Source of the DNA: a virus
Virus record (IMG/VR): IMGVR_UViG_3300010157_000040
Span: 1-64,000 of that record
Direction: 5' to 3' (one strand)
DNA: 64,000 nucleotides
The translations under genes and the position numbers were made by a program. Positions 14,345 through 24,399 of this stretch are shown here, one piece after another. Under the pieces are notes generated by a model. It had not been told where the DNA came from. It did no database searches and was given only the letters and a program-made list of their open reading frames with translations. How positions within the stretch are numbered: position 1 is the first letter of the stretch; the number at the start of each line of letters is the position of its first letter.

Positions 14345-15883
14345 ATGCAAGTAGTAGATAAAGATGGTAATATATTTGGTGCAGGAATTGAAATAACTGG
14401 TCCAGATGGTAAACCTAAAACTTCAAATGGAGGAGGTATACCTAGTGGACCTGCAGGTGGAGATCTTTCTGGTATATATCCTAATCCTTCAGTAGTATGG
14501 AATAATGGTACAAGTACTTATAACTCATTATATTATCCACTATCTAGTAATCCAGCAGCTTATATTACAAGTGCAGCTTTGTTACCTTATTTAACATCTG
14601 CAATAGCAGCAAGTACATATTATCCAATACCTACTGGTACTATATCACAATATATTAGAGGTAATGGTACACTTGCTACCTTTCCTAGTATACCTACGGT
14701 AACTCCTGCTGCATTAACTAAGGTTGATGATACCAATGTAACCCTAACCTTAGGAGGTAGTCCTTCCACATCTTTATTACAAGCAACTAGTTTAACATTA
14801 GGATGGACAGGAACATTAGCTGATTCAAGAATAGCAAGTGCTACAACATGGAATGCAAAGCAGGCTGCTATAACTACTGGAACAATCTCTCAATACTTTA
14901 GAGGTGATTTATCATTAGCAACATTTCCAACTATACCAACTGTTGGTACTTGGGGTGCTTTAAATTATCCAACTTGGAGCGCAGGAACACCATTTGTAAA
15001 AATGACTGCTTCCGGAACATTTAGTCTTGATACTAATACATACCAGCCAACTCTAGTGTCAGGCACAAACATTAAAACAATTAACTCTACTTCTTTGTTA
15101 GGTAGTGGTGATATTATACTTGGTACTGGAACGGTTACATCAGTTAGTGGAACAACTCCAATTTCTGTATCTGGAGGTCCAGCTCCTGTTGTTTCAATTC
15201 AAGTAGCTAGCGGTTCTCAAAATGGTTATTTAGCTAATTCTGATTGGACTAGTTTTAATAATAAGCAATCACAATTAGTAAGTGGAACAAATATTAAAAC
15301 AGTAAATTCGAATACTTTATTAGGTAGTGGAGATGTAGCTGTACAAGCTACACTAGTATCAGGAACAAATATTAAAACAGTAAATGGAACTTCAATTTTA
15401 GGTAGTGGTAATATTGTTGCAGGTGGTGCTAAGGTAAGTCAAGCTCCTACTACTTCATTTAATCAATATGTTGCAGCTGCTGGAGTAGGAAATACAATAT
15501 TATTTAGTGCTAATGTTCTTTCATCTTTAGGACAAATAATAGATGTAGATTTTTTAGCAAGAAATAATTCTGGACTTTCAACTGTATTAAGAATTTATAT
15601 TAATAGTAGTGCATCAACTTCTGGAGCAACTCAAATTGGAAATTTTACAATTACTGGATTGGCTGATACTATGGTTAGATATCAACACAGATTTTCATTA
15701 ACTAATGATGGATCGGGTAACTGGTGTTTAATTGGAGCGGATAGTTTTGCATTATCTACAGATTTGGTTGCAACTGGTTCATTTAATTTTTCAGTAGTTG
15801 GTGTTGGTGCTGCTACTAAAAGTTATATAATAGTAACATTAAACCAAGGTGGTTCTTTAATTGCAGCAACAATTAATTATTAA
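14345..15883 (+). CDS. tail fibre-like protein
   Basis: G/S/T-rich; GPAGGDLSGIYPNP; 2x TGTISQYxRGxxxLATFP; 3x LVSGTNIKTxNxxxxLGSG. Confidence 0.75.
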   Translation: MQVVDKDGNIFGAGIEITGPDGKPKTSNGGGIPSGPAGGDLSGIYPNPSVVWNNGTSTYNSLYYPLSSNPAAYITSAALLPYLTSAIAASTYYPIPTGTISQYIRGNGTLATFPSIPTVTPAALTKVDDTNVTLTLGGSPSTSLLQATSLTLGWTGTLADSRIASATTWNAKQAAITTGTISQYFRGDLSLATFPTIPTVGTWGALNYPTWSAGTPFVKMTASGTFSLDTNTYQPTLVSGTNIKTINSTSLLGSGDIILGTGTVTSVSGTTPISVSGGPAPVVSIQVASGSQNGYLANSDWTSFNNKQSQLVSGTNIKTVNSNTLLGSGDVAVQATLVSGTNIKTVNGTSILGSGNIVAGGAKVSQAPTTSFNQYVAAAGVGNTILFSANVLSSLGQIIDVDFLARNNSGLSTVLRIYINSSASTSGATQIGNFTITGLADTMVRYQHRFSLTNDGSGNWCLIGADSFALSTDLVATGSFNFSVVGVGAATKSYIIVTLNQGGSLIAATINY

Positions 15884-15894
15884 AACTTTATAAG

Positions 15895-16104
15895 ATGAAT
15901 ATAACTAAAATAGAAAATGGTTTTACAATAGATGAACAAAATTTTCAATATTTATTTAAAGGTTTAGAATATGAAATATTATCAGATAATCAATGTCACA
16001 TTAACACAAATTTAGGAAATATATTTTTTGATACTTCAGTAAGTATTAATAATAAGTTTTTTAATAACATTAATGAATGGATTATTGATTTATATAATGT
16101 TTAA
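15895..16104 (+). CDS. hypothetical protein (possible fibre accessory)
   Basis: 69-aa ORF directly after the fibre gene. Confidence 0.55.
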   Translation: MNITKIENGFTIDEQNFQYLFKGLEYEILSDNQCHINTNLGNIFFDTSVSINNKFFNNINEWIIDLYNV

Positions 16105-16129
16105 TTAATTTTGTTATCTAAACTATTTT

Positions 16130-16570
16130 TTGTATATTATAATATATCATAACAATATAATTATGAAAGAATATAGGAGTCCACTAATTTTTATGTGGCA
16201 AAACATGAGTCAAAGAGTTTATGCATTTATAAGAAACTCTAGAAAAGCAGTTACTTTATCTAATCCAGTATCTAATGGTGATACTATTGATTTGTTTTTA
16301 TCTGCACCTGAAACTATTGTACAATTTAGTTCTGATATAACAGTAGACTTTAATCTTAATGTTATACCAGTAAAGTGTGTACTTGGAGATAAGTTATATC
16401 TTATTATAAGTAGTGCTACAAGTTCAAATACTATTACATCAACTGGAAATTTAATGTTTAATGACTGTGGACCAGATACTCCACCATCAGATCATGATAT
16501 TGATGCTGGAATAACTATAATTCCTTTTTTGTTTAATGGAACTGATTTTATAGGATTAGATTATTGTTAA
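16130..16570 (+). CDS. putative structural protein (start probably slightly downstream, MKEYRSP)
   Basis: Beta-rich ORF; the track start overlaps a late-promoter-like motif. Confidence 0.6.
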   Translation: MYIIIYHNNIIMKEYRSPLIFMWQNMSQRVYAFIRNSRKAVTLSNPVSNGDTIDLFLSAPETIVQFSSDITVDFNLNVIPVKCVLGDKLYLIISSATSSNTITSTGNLMFNDCGPDTPPSDHDIDAGITIIPFLFNGTDFIGLDYC

Positions 16571-16587
16571 TATAAATAATAAAAAAA

Positions 16588-16938
16588 ATGTTAAATAACT
16601 TATCAAACTTTTTTAATATCATCACCGGTAAGATGATAAAAAAAATAGCTGAACCAACTGACTTATTACCTTTAGGTACAAGAGACAGTAGATATGGTGG
16701 CAATTATAAACCTACTGCTATATCTATAGCTGATTTTATTACACAACTTAATATACAACCTGATGTAGCAGTAGTAGGTCTTTCTATCTGGGCAAATGGT
16801 TTTAGAGTTGTAGGTTGTATAGATGAAGATATAGTATTACCAGATAATGCAACTTTACAATATACAAGTCCGCTAGCAATGTGTGCGGGAAAAACTTTAA
16901 CTATTCCATCAGGAACAACATTAACAATAGTACCTTAA
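16588..16938 (+). CDS. putative structural protein
   Basis: N-terminus DLLPLG...Y...AISIAD resembles that of 17980-18654; C-terminal TLTIPSGTTLTIV. Confidence 0.6.
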   Translation: MLNNLSNFFNIITGKMIKKIAEPTDLLPLGTRDSRYGGNYKPTAISIADFITQLNIQPDVAVVGLSIWANGFRVVGCIDEDIVLPDNATLQYTSPLAMCAGKTLTIPSGTTLTIVP

Positions 16939-16964
16939 TTTAACTTAACTTAAAAAATAAAATC

Positions 16965-17957
16965 ATGCCGACACCAGCAACTTTAAACGTAGACATAATA
17001 GATTATTCATCTAATGTATATCAAAATGTAACAGTAGCAGGAGCACCTGTTAAATCAAGAGGATCAAATCAAATTAGAGTTGGATCACCACTTGTTCTTG
17101 CAACTAATACAGGAATATATGAAACTTCATTTGGTATTAATAACTTGCTTTCAGCAACAGGAAATAGTAACACTGCAATAGGATATCAAGTATTATTAAA
17201 TACTACATCAGGTCAAGCAAATACTGGATTAGGTGCATTTGCTTTACAATATAATACTACAGCTGCTAGTAATACTGCTATAGGTAGTAGTTCATTACAA
17301 CATACTAATACTGGTGGAAGTAATACTGCTGTAGGATCTAATTCTGGATATAACAATACAACTGGATATTCTAATGTATTTGTTGGAAATACTGCAGGAA
17401 ATGCAAACACTACAGGACATGTAAATGTATGTATTGGTGGTGGTGCAGGAGCACAAAATACTACAGGAAATAATAATGTTTTTGTAGGAGGTTCAGCTGG
17501 ATATTTAACAACTAGTGGTAATAATAATATTTTTTTAGGAGATACTTCAACTGGAGCTACAACTACTGCAAGTAATGCAATTACTTTAGGTAATTCTAGT
17601 AATACTGTTCTTAGATGTGCTGTAACATCTATTACTGCTCTTTCAGATTCAAGAGATAAAGAAGATGTTGCTGAATTAGCAGCAGGTTTAGAATTTGTTA
17701 AAGAACTTAACCCTGTATCTTTTGTTTGGAATGACAGAGAGGAAACTGGTAAGCATGGTGTAAAAGACTTTGGTTTTATTGCACAAGACTTGAAAGCTAC
17801 TCAAGAAAAACATGACATGGCTGAAACATTAGGTTTAGTATATGAAGAGAATCCAGAAAAACTTGAAGCAAGCTACGGAAAATTAATTCCTATCCTTGTT
17901 AAAGCTATTAAAGAATTGTCTTCTAAAGTAGAAGCATTAGAATCAAAAAAGAAATAA
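16965..17957 (+). CDS. tail fibre/spike with beta-roll repeats and C-terminal S74 intramolecular chaperone
   Basis: 14-aa NTTGxxNTAxG repeats; SDSRDKEDV...LNPVSFVW...GFIAQDL...YGKLIPILVKAIKEL. Confidence 0.88.
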   Translation: MPTPATLNVDIIDYSSNVYQNVTVAGAPVKSRGSNQIRVGSPLVLATNTGIYETSFGINNLLSATGNSNTAIGYQVLLNTTSGQANTGLGAFALQYNTTAASNTAIGSSSLQHTNTGGSNTAVGSNSGYNNTTGYSNVFVGNTAGNANTTGHVNVCIGGGAGAQNTTGNNNVFVGGSAGYLTTSGNNNIFLGDTSTGATTTASNAITLGNSSNTVLRCAVTSITALSDSRDKEDVAELAAGLEFVKELNPVSFVWNDREETGKHGVKDFGFIAQDLKATQEKHDMAETLGLVYEENPEKLEASYGKLIPILVKAIKELSSKVEALESKKK

Positions 17958-17979
17958 TAATAAATAAATATAAACAATC

Positions 17980-18654
17980 ATGGACATTTTAAACTGGATT
18001 TACGTAAAAACTCAGAATCTTATTAGGACAACTCCTAATAACTCTAAGACAGACTTAATTGTATTAGGTGCTGAAGTACCTTTTACAAAAAGAGGAGATG
18101 GTTATCAAACATATGCTATGCCATTATCAGATGCTGTAACATCAGTATGTGAAGAAAACAATCAATACAAAACAAGTATTTTTGAAACATATCCTTATGC
18201 AATTTTACCATCAATGCTTAAGACATGTACTTCAGTTAAACAAACTGGTAATGGTATGTTTCCATTAAATGAAAAACTTGATGGATACAAAATAGGTGGT
18301 GCAATTTCTCTAAACAATGTATTACCTAATGATTTGGTTTATTTAGGAACACTTGAAAATACTAATACTGAGTTGCCATGGAAATTAACAGGATCTGTTA
18401 CAGCATTTGATGATAATTTTAATAACAATCTTATTACAGCATTAGCAAATGGTGCATATGTAACTGATACACAAACAATGCTTACTGTTAGTTCTGAAAT
18501 GTATATACTCCATGATGCTTATTCAACAGGAATTGATTTTTATTTAGTATGGGGAGCTAGTACTTCAAATACTATTATAGCAGAAGTAACTTTTGAAATA
18601 GAATTTTTAAATGCAGATTTTGTTTCTGGTGCTCCTACATTTACAGTTTATTAA
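17980..18654 (+). CDS. putative structural protein
   Basis: MDILNW...DLIVLG...RGDGYQTYAMPLSD N-terminal module. Confidence 0.6.
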   Translation: MDILNWIYVKTQNLIRTTPNNSKTDLIVLGAEVPFTKRGDGYQTYAMPLSDAVTSVCEENNQYKTSIFETYPYAILPSMLKTCTSVKQTGNGMFPLNEKLDGYKIGGAISLNNVLPNDLVYLGTLENTNTELPWKLTGSVTAFDDNFNNNLITALANGAYVTDTQTMLTVSSEMYILHDAYSTGIDFYLVWGASTSNTIIAEVTFEIEFLNADFVSGAPTFTVY

Positions 18655-18674
18655 TTAATATAAAAATATATATC

Positions 18675-18884
18675 ATGAAAACAAATTCATACATACCAGA
18701 AAATTGGGGTAAAAAAGAAAACATATTAATATCAGCAGAAGATGGAGTAATAGAAGTTGGAGTAAAAAAACATAATCCTAATAGAGAAAGAATTGATAGA
18801 AAAATTATGTCAATAAAAAAGTTTTTATTAAAAGGAAAAGATAATGGTGGAGTTGTTCCTGCAGACCCTAAAAAAGCTATATAA
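18675..18884 (+). CDS. hypothetical protein
   Basis: 69-aa ORF in the operon. Confidence 0.55.
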   Translation: MKTNSYIPENWGKKENILISAEDGVIEVGVKKHNPNRERIDRKIMSIKKFLLKGKDNGGVVPADPKKAI

Positions 18885-18905
18885 CTAATAAGTAAATAAA
18901 AAACT

Positions 18906-19253
18906 ATGTCAATAGGAAATACTAAGTCATACGGAAATAAAGGAAATAATTTCCCGTGGCAGTTACAAATGTTAAAAGGATTACAAGGTATTATTGATGC
19001 TTTAACAGCAGGAACTTGTTGTCCACCACAAAAAAGAAGTACTAATATTGTATCTGCTACAGGTGCTGGTGTAGTTCCTCCTAATACATATAGTTTTTCT
19101 ATAGCAAATGTAGGAAATGCAGCAGGAACAGTTGACGGAGTTTCAGTACCTGCAGGAGTAGTAGTTAATTTTAGTGCTGAACTAAATAACTTTTTAGAAG
19201 GCATTTCATATAATGCAACAGGAACTACATTTTTAATTACTTATTTATCTTAA
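18906..19253 (+). CDS. putative structural protein
   Basis: GNKGNNFPWQLQMLKGLQ N-terminus plus a small beta-sandwich-like C-terminus. Confidence 0.6.
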   Translation: MSIGNTKSYGNKGNNFPWQLQMLKGLQGIIDALTAGTCCPPQKRSTNIVSATGAGVVPPNTYSFSIANVGNAAGTVDGVSVPAGVVVNFSAELNNFLEGISYNATGTTFLITYLS

Positions 19254-19254
19254 G

Positions 19255-21135
19255 ATGAGCACACAAATATTTACATCTGTGCAAGATAATTGCAAAGTTG
19301 ATCATATTAAAGTAGCAACATTAGCTAGTAGTTTTAATACTGCGGATGGTAGTGGAGATTATGATGATAGTTGGGCTTTTATAGGTGGAACTTATAGTTG
19401 GATGTCTAATCCTACAAATGAGTATGCTATAGCATTAGGTGGTAATATATTAAATGTTAAATCAGGTAGTGCATCTATGGCAATTATATTACCTGTAGAT
19501 GTAGATGTAAATGATATCATAACTTTACAAGGAATAGCTACTGGAAGTGGATCAGGAGGTGCTAATTGTCAATTCTTAATAGGTGTATCATATGTAGATT
19601 GTAATGAGTTTGCAAATTCTATAGGAAATGTTAATGTATTTACATTAATCCCTGCAGAATTATTTCCTCAAACACCAGCAGTTATTTTTACTACTTGTTT
19701 TTCTTTAGAAACAACAGGTGTAACATTACCAGCAGGTACACTATTATTTGTTGGAGTAAATTGTCCTACTTTTTATAATCCTCCTGCTAGTTGTAATTTT
19801 TCATATACACTTGATATTACTAAATCTTGTGCACCAATACCAGCACTTACAAATGTAAGAATTCAAAACTGTTGTGAACAAGCAGTATTTGAAGTTATAA
19901 GTTTAGGTACTCAAAATTTACCAGCATCAGGAACATTTTCAGATACAGAAGGTAACTGTTGGACAATTATAGAAACAACATCAGATCCTGTAGATACTGT
20001 AAGATTTGTTGCTAATCCATACAATGACTGTGCTTTATGTCTTCAAGATAATCCATGTCCAATGAACTTAGTTGTTCAATCATGTTGTAGTGGTCAAGAT
20101 GAAAGATTTACAGGATCATTACCAGGAATTAATGTAGGTGATACATTTATAGATACTTATGGTTTCTGTTGGAATGTAACAAAAGAAACATCTGGTCCAA
20201 TAACTGGATTAGTAACAGTTTTTTCAGTATCTGAAAATTGTGAAACTTGTATTACTACACCAGGAGCATGTCCTGATGTTTATCAAATATTTTCTTGTTG
20301 TCATGAAGTTAGATTAGTTTTATATACAACACTTGATCTTCTTGGTTCTGGTGTAATTGGTGGAGATACATTTATGGATCAATATGGATATTGTTGGCAA
20401 ATAAAACCTACACCTGAGACAGGTGTTACTGTTAATGGAGCATTTATTCAAGCAACAGCTAATTATGGTGCTGGAGATTATGCATGTCAAACATGTCTCA
20501 CTGATTTAAATAACTGTAATGTTCCTGTAATTTACAAAATACAAAATTGTTGTTCAGGAGTAATAGAATATGTTGAATATAACTTTGGACTTAATGTAGA
20601 TGATACTATTAGCATTTCAACTATATTAACACCAAAGGAATTTACATGTTATACAGTTCTTGATTGGGATAATACAACTACTCCAACCATTACTATTGAT
20701 ACTTTTAATGGTACATATAAAGATTGTCAAGAGTGTGGAACTTGTCCTAACTTTTATATAGCATATGATTGTACTGGTGCATCTGAACCTGCAGTTTTCT
20801 ATGGTACTATTCCTGGTCTACCTTATTCATTTGTAACTGATGATGGTACATGTTGGTATAGTAACGGTGAAATAACTTCAGGTCCTGCAACTATTACAGT
20901 ATCACAAGATACTAAAAGTTGTCAAGCTTGTTCATTGTCTGGTTTTTATATTGCTGTAGCTTGTGATTTTTCACAAGATGAAATTATATTTGTAAATGAT
21001 GATCAAGCAGGACTATACACAAGAGATATTAATAATGGTGGTTGTTATCAAATAACTATTCCAACATCAGGACCTGCTACAATTCAATCTAATGGTGCTT
21101 TTTATCGTAATTGTGTAGACTGTTTAGCAGGTTAA
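19255..21135 (+). CDS. Cys-rich repeat structural protein
   Basis: Six ~60-75-aa repeats: xxxC(C)...GDTFxDxxGxCW...CxxC. Confidence 0.7.
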   Translation: MSTQIFTSVQDNCKVDHIKVATLASSFNTADGSGDYDDSWAFIGGTYSWMSNPTNEYAIALGGNILNVKSGSASMAIILPVDVDVNDIITLQGIATGSGSGGANCQFLIGVSYVDCNEFANSIGNVNVFTLIPAELFPQTPAVIFTTCFSLETTGVTLPAGTLLFVGVNCPTFYNPPASCNFSYTLDITKSCAPIPALTNVRIQNCCEQAVFEVISLGTQNLPASGTFSDTEGNCWTIIETTSDPVDTVRFVANPYNDCALCLQDNPCPMNLVVQSCCSGQDERFTGSLPGINVGDTFIDTYGFCWNVTKETSGPITGLVTVFSVSENCETCITTPGACPDVYQIFSCCHEVRLVLYTTLDLLGSGVIGGDTFMDQYGYCWQIKPTPETGVTVNGAFIQATANYGAGDYACQTCLTDLNNCNVPVIYKIQNCCSGVIEYVEYNFGLNVDDTISISTILTPKEFTCYTVLDWDNTTTPTITIDTFNGTYKDCQECGTCPNFYIAYDCTGASEPAVFYGTIPGLPYSFVTDDGTCWYSNGEITSGPATITVSQDTKSCQACSLSGFYIAVACDFSQDEIIFVNDDQAGLYTRDINNGGCYQITIPTSGPATIQSNGAFYRNCVDCLAG

Positions 21136-21147
21136 TAAAAAATAAAT

Positions 21148-21636
21148 ATGAAATACTTAATTATATTACTTGTACTATTATCATCTTGTTCTCTTGAAAA
21201 GAGGTTAGCTAAGTACTGTCCCTTGTGTACTCAAAAGGACAGTACTCAAACAGTTATTCAAGTTAGAGATACTACAATAACTATTCCCGGAGAAACTGTA
21301 TATATTCAAGATACATTATACTGTGATTCTTTAGGACATGTTATATCTAAGTTAGGTGATAGACTAAGAGACAAAGATGGTAAAATCATTACTTTAGAAA
21401 CAAGATTGAGCAATAATGTATATACTACTAAAGCTCAAGTACATACTATTTATAAAACTATAAAAGGCAATACTAAATATTTTACTAAAGTAGTAACTAA
21501 AACATTGAAACCAGAAAAGATAAAGTATATTCCTTGGTGGGTAAACTTCTTAGCTGTAGTGGGAGGGATTGTACTAATTATTTTATTAATTAATATTATT
21601 ATTAAGATCATTAGATCTCAAATTCCTTTAGCATGA
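21148..21636 (+). CDS. putative unimolecular spanin
   Basis: Lipoprotein signal MKYLIILLVLLSSC, beta-rich middle, C-terminal TM helix; adjacent to holin and endolysin. Confidence 0.7.
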   Translation: MKYLIILLVLLSSCSLEKRLAKYCPLCTQKDSTQTVIQVRDTTITIPGETVYIQDTLYCDSLGHVISKLGDRLRDKDGKIITLETRLSNNVYTTKAQVHTIYKTIKGNTKYFTKVVTKTLKPEKIKYIPWWVNFLAVVGGIVLIILLINIIIKIIRSQIPLA

Positions 21637-22130
21637 AAACAAAAATAACACTTACAGTATTGTCTATATTCTCCATCTTTGCACCTGTTGAACTTTGCTC
21701 TATTATATTAATGACTATTATATTTATAGATACTATAGTTAAACTTATATCACTTAAAAAAATAGCTTGTTCTGAAAAAAGAAAATACAGAGAAGTATTT
21801 AAATCTAAAATACTTAGAAGAGGTTATATATTTAAAGCAGCAGGATATTATATTTTTGCTGGTGCAGTATTTCCATTAGACTATTATGCATTAACTCCAT
21901 TCTCAAATGCAATTCTTAAAACTTTAGGATATGCAGTTACTATTCCAACTCCTGCTTTATTTACAAATGTATTATTATGTATATTTGCTATCATAGAGTT
22001 AGCATCTATAAATGAAAACTGGTTTGATATTACTGGTAATAATATTCTTAAATCAGCATCAGATGTTATTAAGAAAATTAGATCAGGAGTTGAAGCTGTG
22101 TCAGATACATACAAGAATATTAAAAACTAA
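21633..22130 (+). CDS. holin
   Basis: Several TM segments; IFIDTI and IELASINEN...ITG motifs; precedes the lysozyme. Confidence 0.75.
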   Translation: MKTKITLTVLSIFSIFAPVELCSIILMTIIFIDTIVKLISLKKIACSEKRKYREVFKSKILRRGYIFKAAGYYIFAGAVFPLDYYALTPFSNAILKTLGYAVTIPTPALFTNVLLCIFAIIELASINENWFDITGNNILKSASDVIKKIRSGVEAVSDTYKNIKN

Positions 22131-22135
22131 TTATA

Positions 22136-22597
22136 ATGAAAATACTTAAGTTAAGTCCTGTAGGAGTTGAGTTAATAAAATCATTTGAAGGATTTAGTGC
22201 TAAACCTTACAGATGTCCAGCAGGAGTTCCTACAATAGGATATGGTGCAACATACTACACTAAGATAAAAAAAGTTACTATGGCTGATGCTCCTATAACA
22301 AAAGCAGAAGCAACAGTATTACTTGCTGATATGTTAGGTACTTATGAAAGAGCAGTAGATAGTTATTGCATAGATACAATCACACAGAATCAATTTGATG
22401 CATTAGTTTCTTTTGCTTATAACTTAGGAACCGGAGCATTAAAATCTTCTACACTGTTAAAAAAAGTTAATGCAGATCCAAATGATCCAGACATTAGAAA
22501 AGAATTTATGAAGTGGGTAAATGCAGGAGGAGTTACATTAGCAGGATTAGTTAGAAGAAGACATGATGAAGCTGACTTATATTTTAAAAAAGACTGA
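22136..22597 (+). CDS. endolysin, GH24 lysozyme
   Basis: IKSFEG...YRCPAGVPTIGYG...QNQFDALVSFAYNLG...GLVRRRHDEADLY. Confidence 0.95.
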   Translation: MKILKLSPVGVELIKSFEGFSAKPYRCPAGVPTIGYGATYYTKIKKVTMADAPITKAEATVLLADMLGTYERAVDSYCIDTITQNQFDALVSFAYNLGTGALKSSTLLKKVNADPNDPDIRKEFMKWVNAGGVTLAGLVRRRHDEADLYFKKD

Positions 22598-23202
22598 TGA
22601 GTTATACAAGAGAACAAATTGAAACTACAATCAAGTCTAAAAATTATGCATACTTTGAAGATGCAGTTAATAAAGGATATGATGTCAATATGGTAGGTAT
22701 AAGAAATTCTTTAACAGGAACTTCAGTTAGTAACCTTTTTGATGATATCATGACACTATCTTATAAAGAGAATGGTAACTGGATATATAAGGAATGGCCA
22801 ATAACAACAGATCCTGGAAACAAAGCAATGAAAGAATACCATAATCCTAAAGGTGTAGCAAGACTAGCACTAGGACAGTTTAGAGGTTCTCATTGTATAG
22901 GTTTACATAAAGGACAGTATGAAGCATTAACACAAAAAAATGCAGTAACAATCTGGAGAGATAACAATAAGAATCTTCTCCATGATATGCAAATAATTGA
23001 TAAAGGTTTATTTGGAATTAATATACATAGAAGTAATCCTAAAACAGAATCAACATATGTAGAGAATTGGTCAGAAGGATGCCAAGTATTTAAAAGAGCA
23101 AAAGACTTTAATGAGTTCATGAGTATTATGCATAAAGCAAAAGATACACATGGTAATTCTTTTACATATACATTAATAGAATCAAAAGATATAGAATTAT
23201 GA
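22597..23202 (+). CDS. YkuD/L,D-transpeptidase-like peptidoglycan enzyme
   Basis: GINIH...WSEGCQV His/Cys dyad spacing; TTDPG motif; in the lysis cassette. Confidence 0.65.
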   Translation: MSYTREQIETTIKSKNYAYFEDAVNKGYDVNMVGIRNSLTGTSVSNLFDDIMTLSYKENGNWIYKEWPITTDPGNKAMKEYHNPKGVARLALGQFRGSHCIGLHKGQYEALTQKNAVTIWRDNNKNLLHDMQIIDKGLFGINIHRSNPKTESTYVENWSEGCQVFKRAKDFNEFMSIMHKAKDTHGNSFTYTLIESKDIEL

Positions 23203-23357
23203 AATTTAGAAATAGTTGGAAATCAGCATCAAAACAATGGGATAAATTAATGATTAGATTAAGAGTCTCTTCATTAGATATATTAACAGTAGAAATAGAT
23301 ATCTCAAGAGACTTTTATTTAATAACAGTAATGAATTTTACATTTAAAAACAGGTAA
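23199..23357 (+). CDS. hypothetical protein (52 aa), not in the ORF track
   Basis: MKFRNSWKSASKQWDKLMIRLRVSSLDILTVEIDISRDFYLITVMNFTFKNR; ATGA overlap; fills the gap exactly. Confidence 0.65.
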   Translation: MKFRNSWKSASKQWDKLMIRLRVSSLDILTVEIDISRDFYLITVMNFTFKNR

Positions 23358-23359
23358 TC

Positions 23360-23641
23360 ATGATAGATGACAAAAATCAGATCATTAGATCTATGAGAAG
23401 TTTTGAAGTTACTCCTAAGAAAAAAAAGAGTAAAACTAAATATCAAGAAGGTGGGACTAGTACTGGTCAAGGTTGTAAAAAAGTTACTACTTTTAAAACT
23501 ACACGTACTGAAACCAGTAATGATGATGATGGTGGTGGAAGTAGTAATGGTGGTGGAAGAAATTTAGGTCTTGAACATTTAGGAAGAAAAATAAGATGGG
23601 GAGCTAAAAATGTTGCAAGAAAAATTAAAAGAGCATTTTAA
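23360..23641 (+). CDS. basic protein with YQEGG motif
   Basis: Lys/Gly-rich 93-aa ORF. Confidence 0.6.
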   Translation: MIDDKNQIIRSMRSFEVTPKKKKSKTKYQEGGTSTGQGCKKVTTFKTTRTETSNDDDGGGSSNGGGRNLGLEHLGRKIRWGAKNVARKIKRAF

Positions 23642-23661
23642 TTAACCTTCTTTACACATAC

Positions 23662-23695
23662 AAATCCAGGTAACTTAAATTACTTGGATTTTTTT
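23662..23695 (+). terminator. intrinsic terminator
   Basis: AAATCCAGGTAA-CTTAAA-TTACTTGGATTT plus T-run. Confidence 0.75.
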
Positions 23696-23706
23696 GTTTA
23701 AATATA

Positions 23707-23736
23707 TTTGATTTAAACTTATTATATATATATTTG
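23707..23736 (+). promoter_or_regulatory. Bacteroidota-type promoter (TTTG ... TATATTTG)
   Basis: -33-like TTTG at 23707 and -7 TATATTTG at 23729, after a terminator and before 23759. Confidence 0.5.
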
Positions 23737-23758
23737 TTTAAACTTAAAAAATATAGTA

Positions 23759-24040
23759 ATGGAAAACCAACAAGAAATGGATATGACTCCAGAAGAATTA
23801 GCAGCTAGAAAAGAAGAAATGTTAAGGTTTTATACCGAATCAATGCCTTATTTAGATGCACAGTTATCTTATGAAAAAATGTTATGTGACATTGATGAAG
23901 CAAGATTTAAAAGATCTAGTATTCAAATGCAGTATGCAATGATGATGCAGTCACAACAAGAACAAGTTGAAGAACCAGAATCAGATGAAAATGAACCTTC
24001 AGAAGAAACTGTTAAAAGACAACTTAAGAAACAGAACTAA
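23759..24040 (+). CDS. acidic coiled-coil hypothetical protein
   Basis: 93 aa, E/Q/M-rich. Confidence 0.7.
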   Translation: MENQQEMDMTPEELAARKEEMLRFYTESMPYLDAQLSYEKMLCDIDEARFKRSSIQMQYAMMMQSQQEQVEEPESDENEPSEETVKRQLKKQN

Positions 24041-24399
24041 TGGCCTTAGTTAACCAAGTACAAAAACGTGTTATAATGTCTACACCAGATATTATTAAAT
24101 TTCAGATATTAACTCACTGTTATCTTAATAGGATAATGGTGAGTAATTCTGATATAGAATGTGTTGCACTACTCAGTGTTATTGGTCCAATTGAACTTAC
24201 ACATTTTTGTTATGATGCATTTGAAGAACATGCAATATTTAAATCATCACAAACTGTAAGAAACTGTATAAACAAATGTGAAAAAAATAAATTGATAATT
24301 AAGGATGCTACTAATAAAAAAATTATTATGGTTAATCCTGATATGAAGATACAGACAACAGGTAGTATATTATTAGATTATAAATTTTTAGGTAAATGA
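24040..24399 (+). CDS. hypothetical protein (possible winged HTH)
   Basis: SSQTVRNCINKCEKNKLI helix followed by a beta hairpin. Confidence 0.6.
   Translation: MALVNQVQKRVIMSTPDIIKFQILTHCYLNRIMVSNSDIECVALLSVIGPIELTHFCYDAFEEHAIFKSSQTVRNCINKCEKNKLIIKDATNKKIIMVNPDMKIQTTGSILLDYKFLGK

Noticed and set aside
14345-17957. Diversity-generating retroelement targeting the fibres
   Set aside because: No reverse transcriptase and no adenine-specific template/variable repeat pair seen; repeats are ordinary protein repeats
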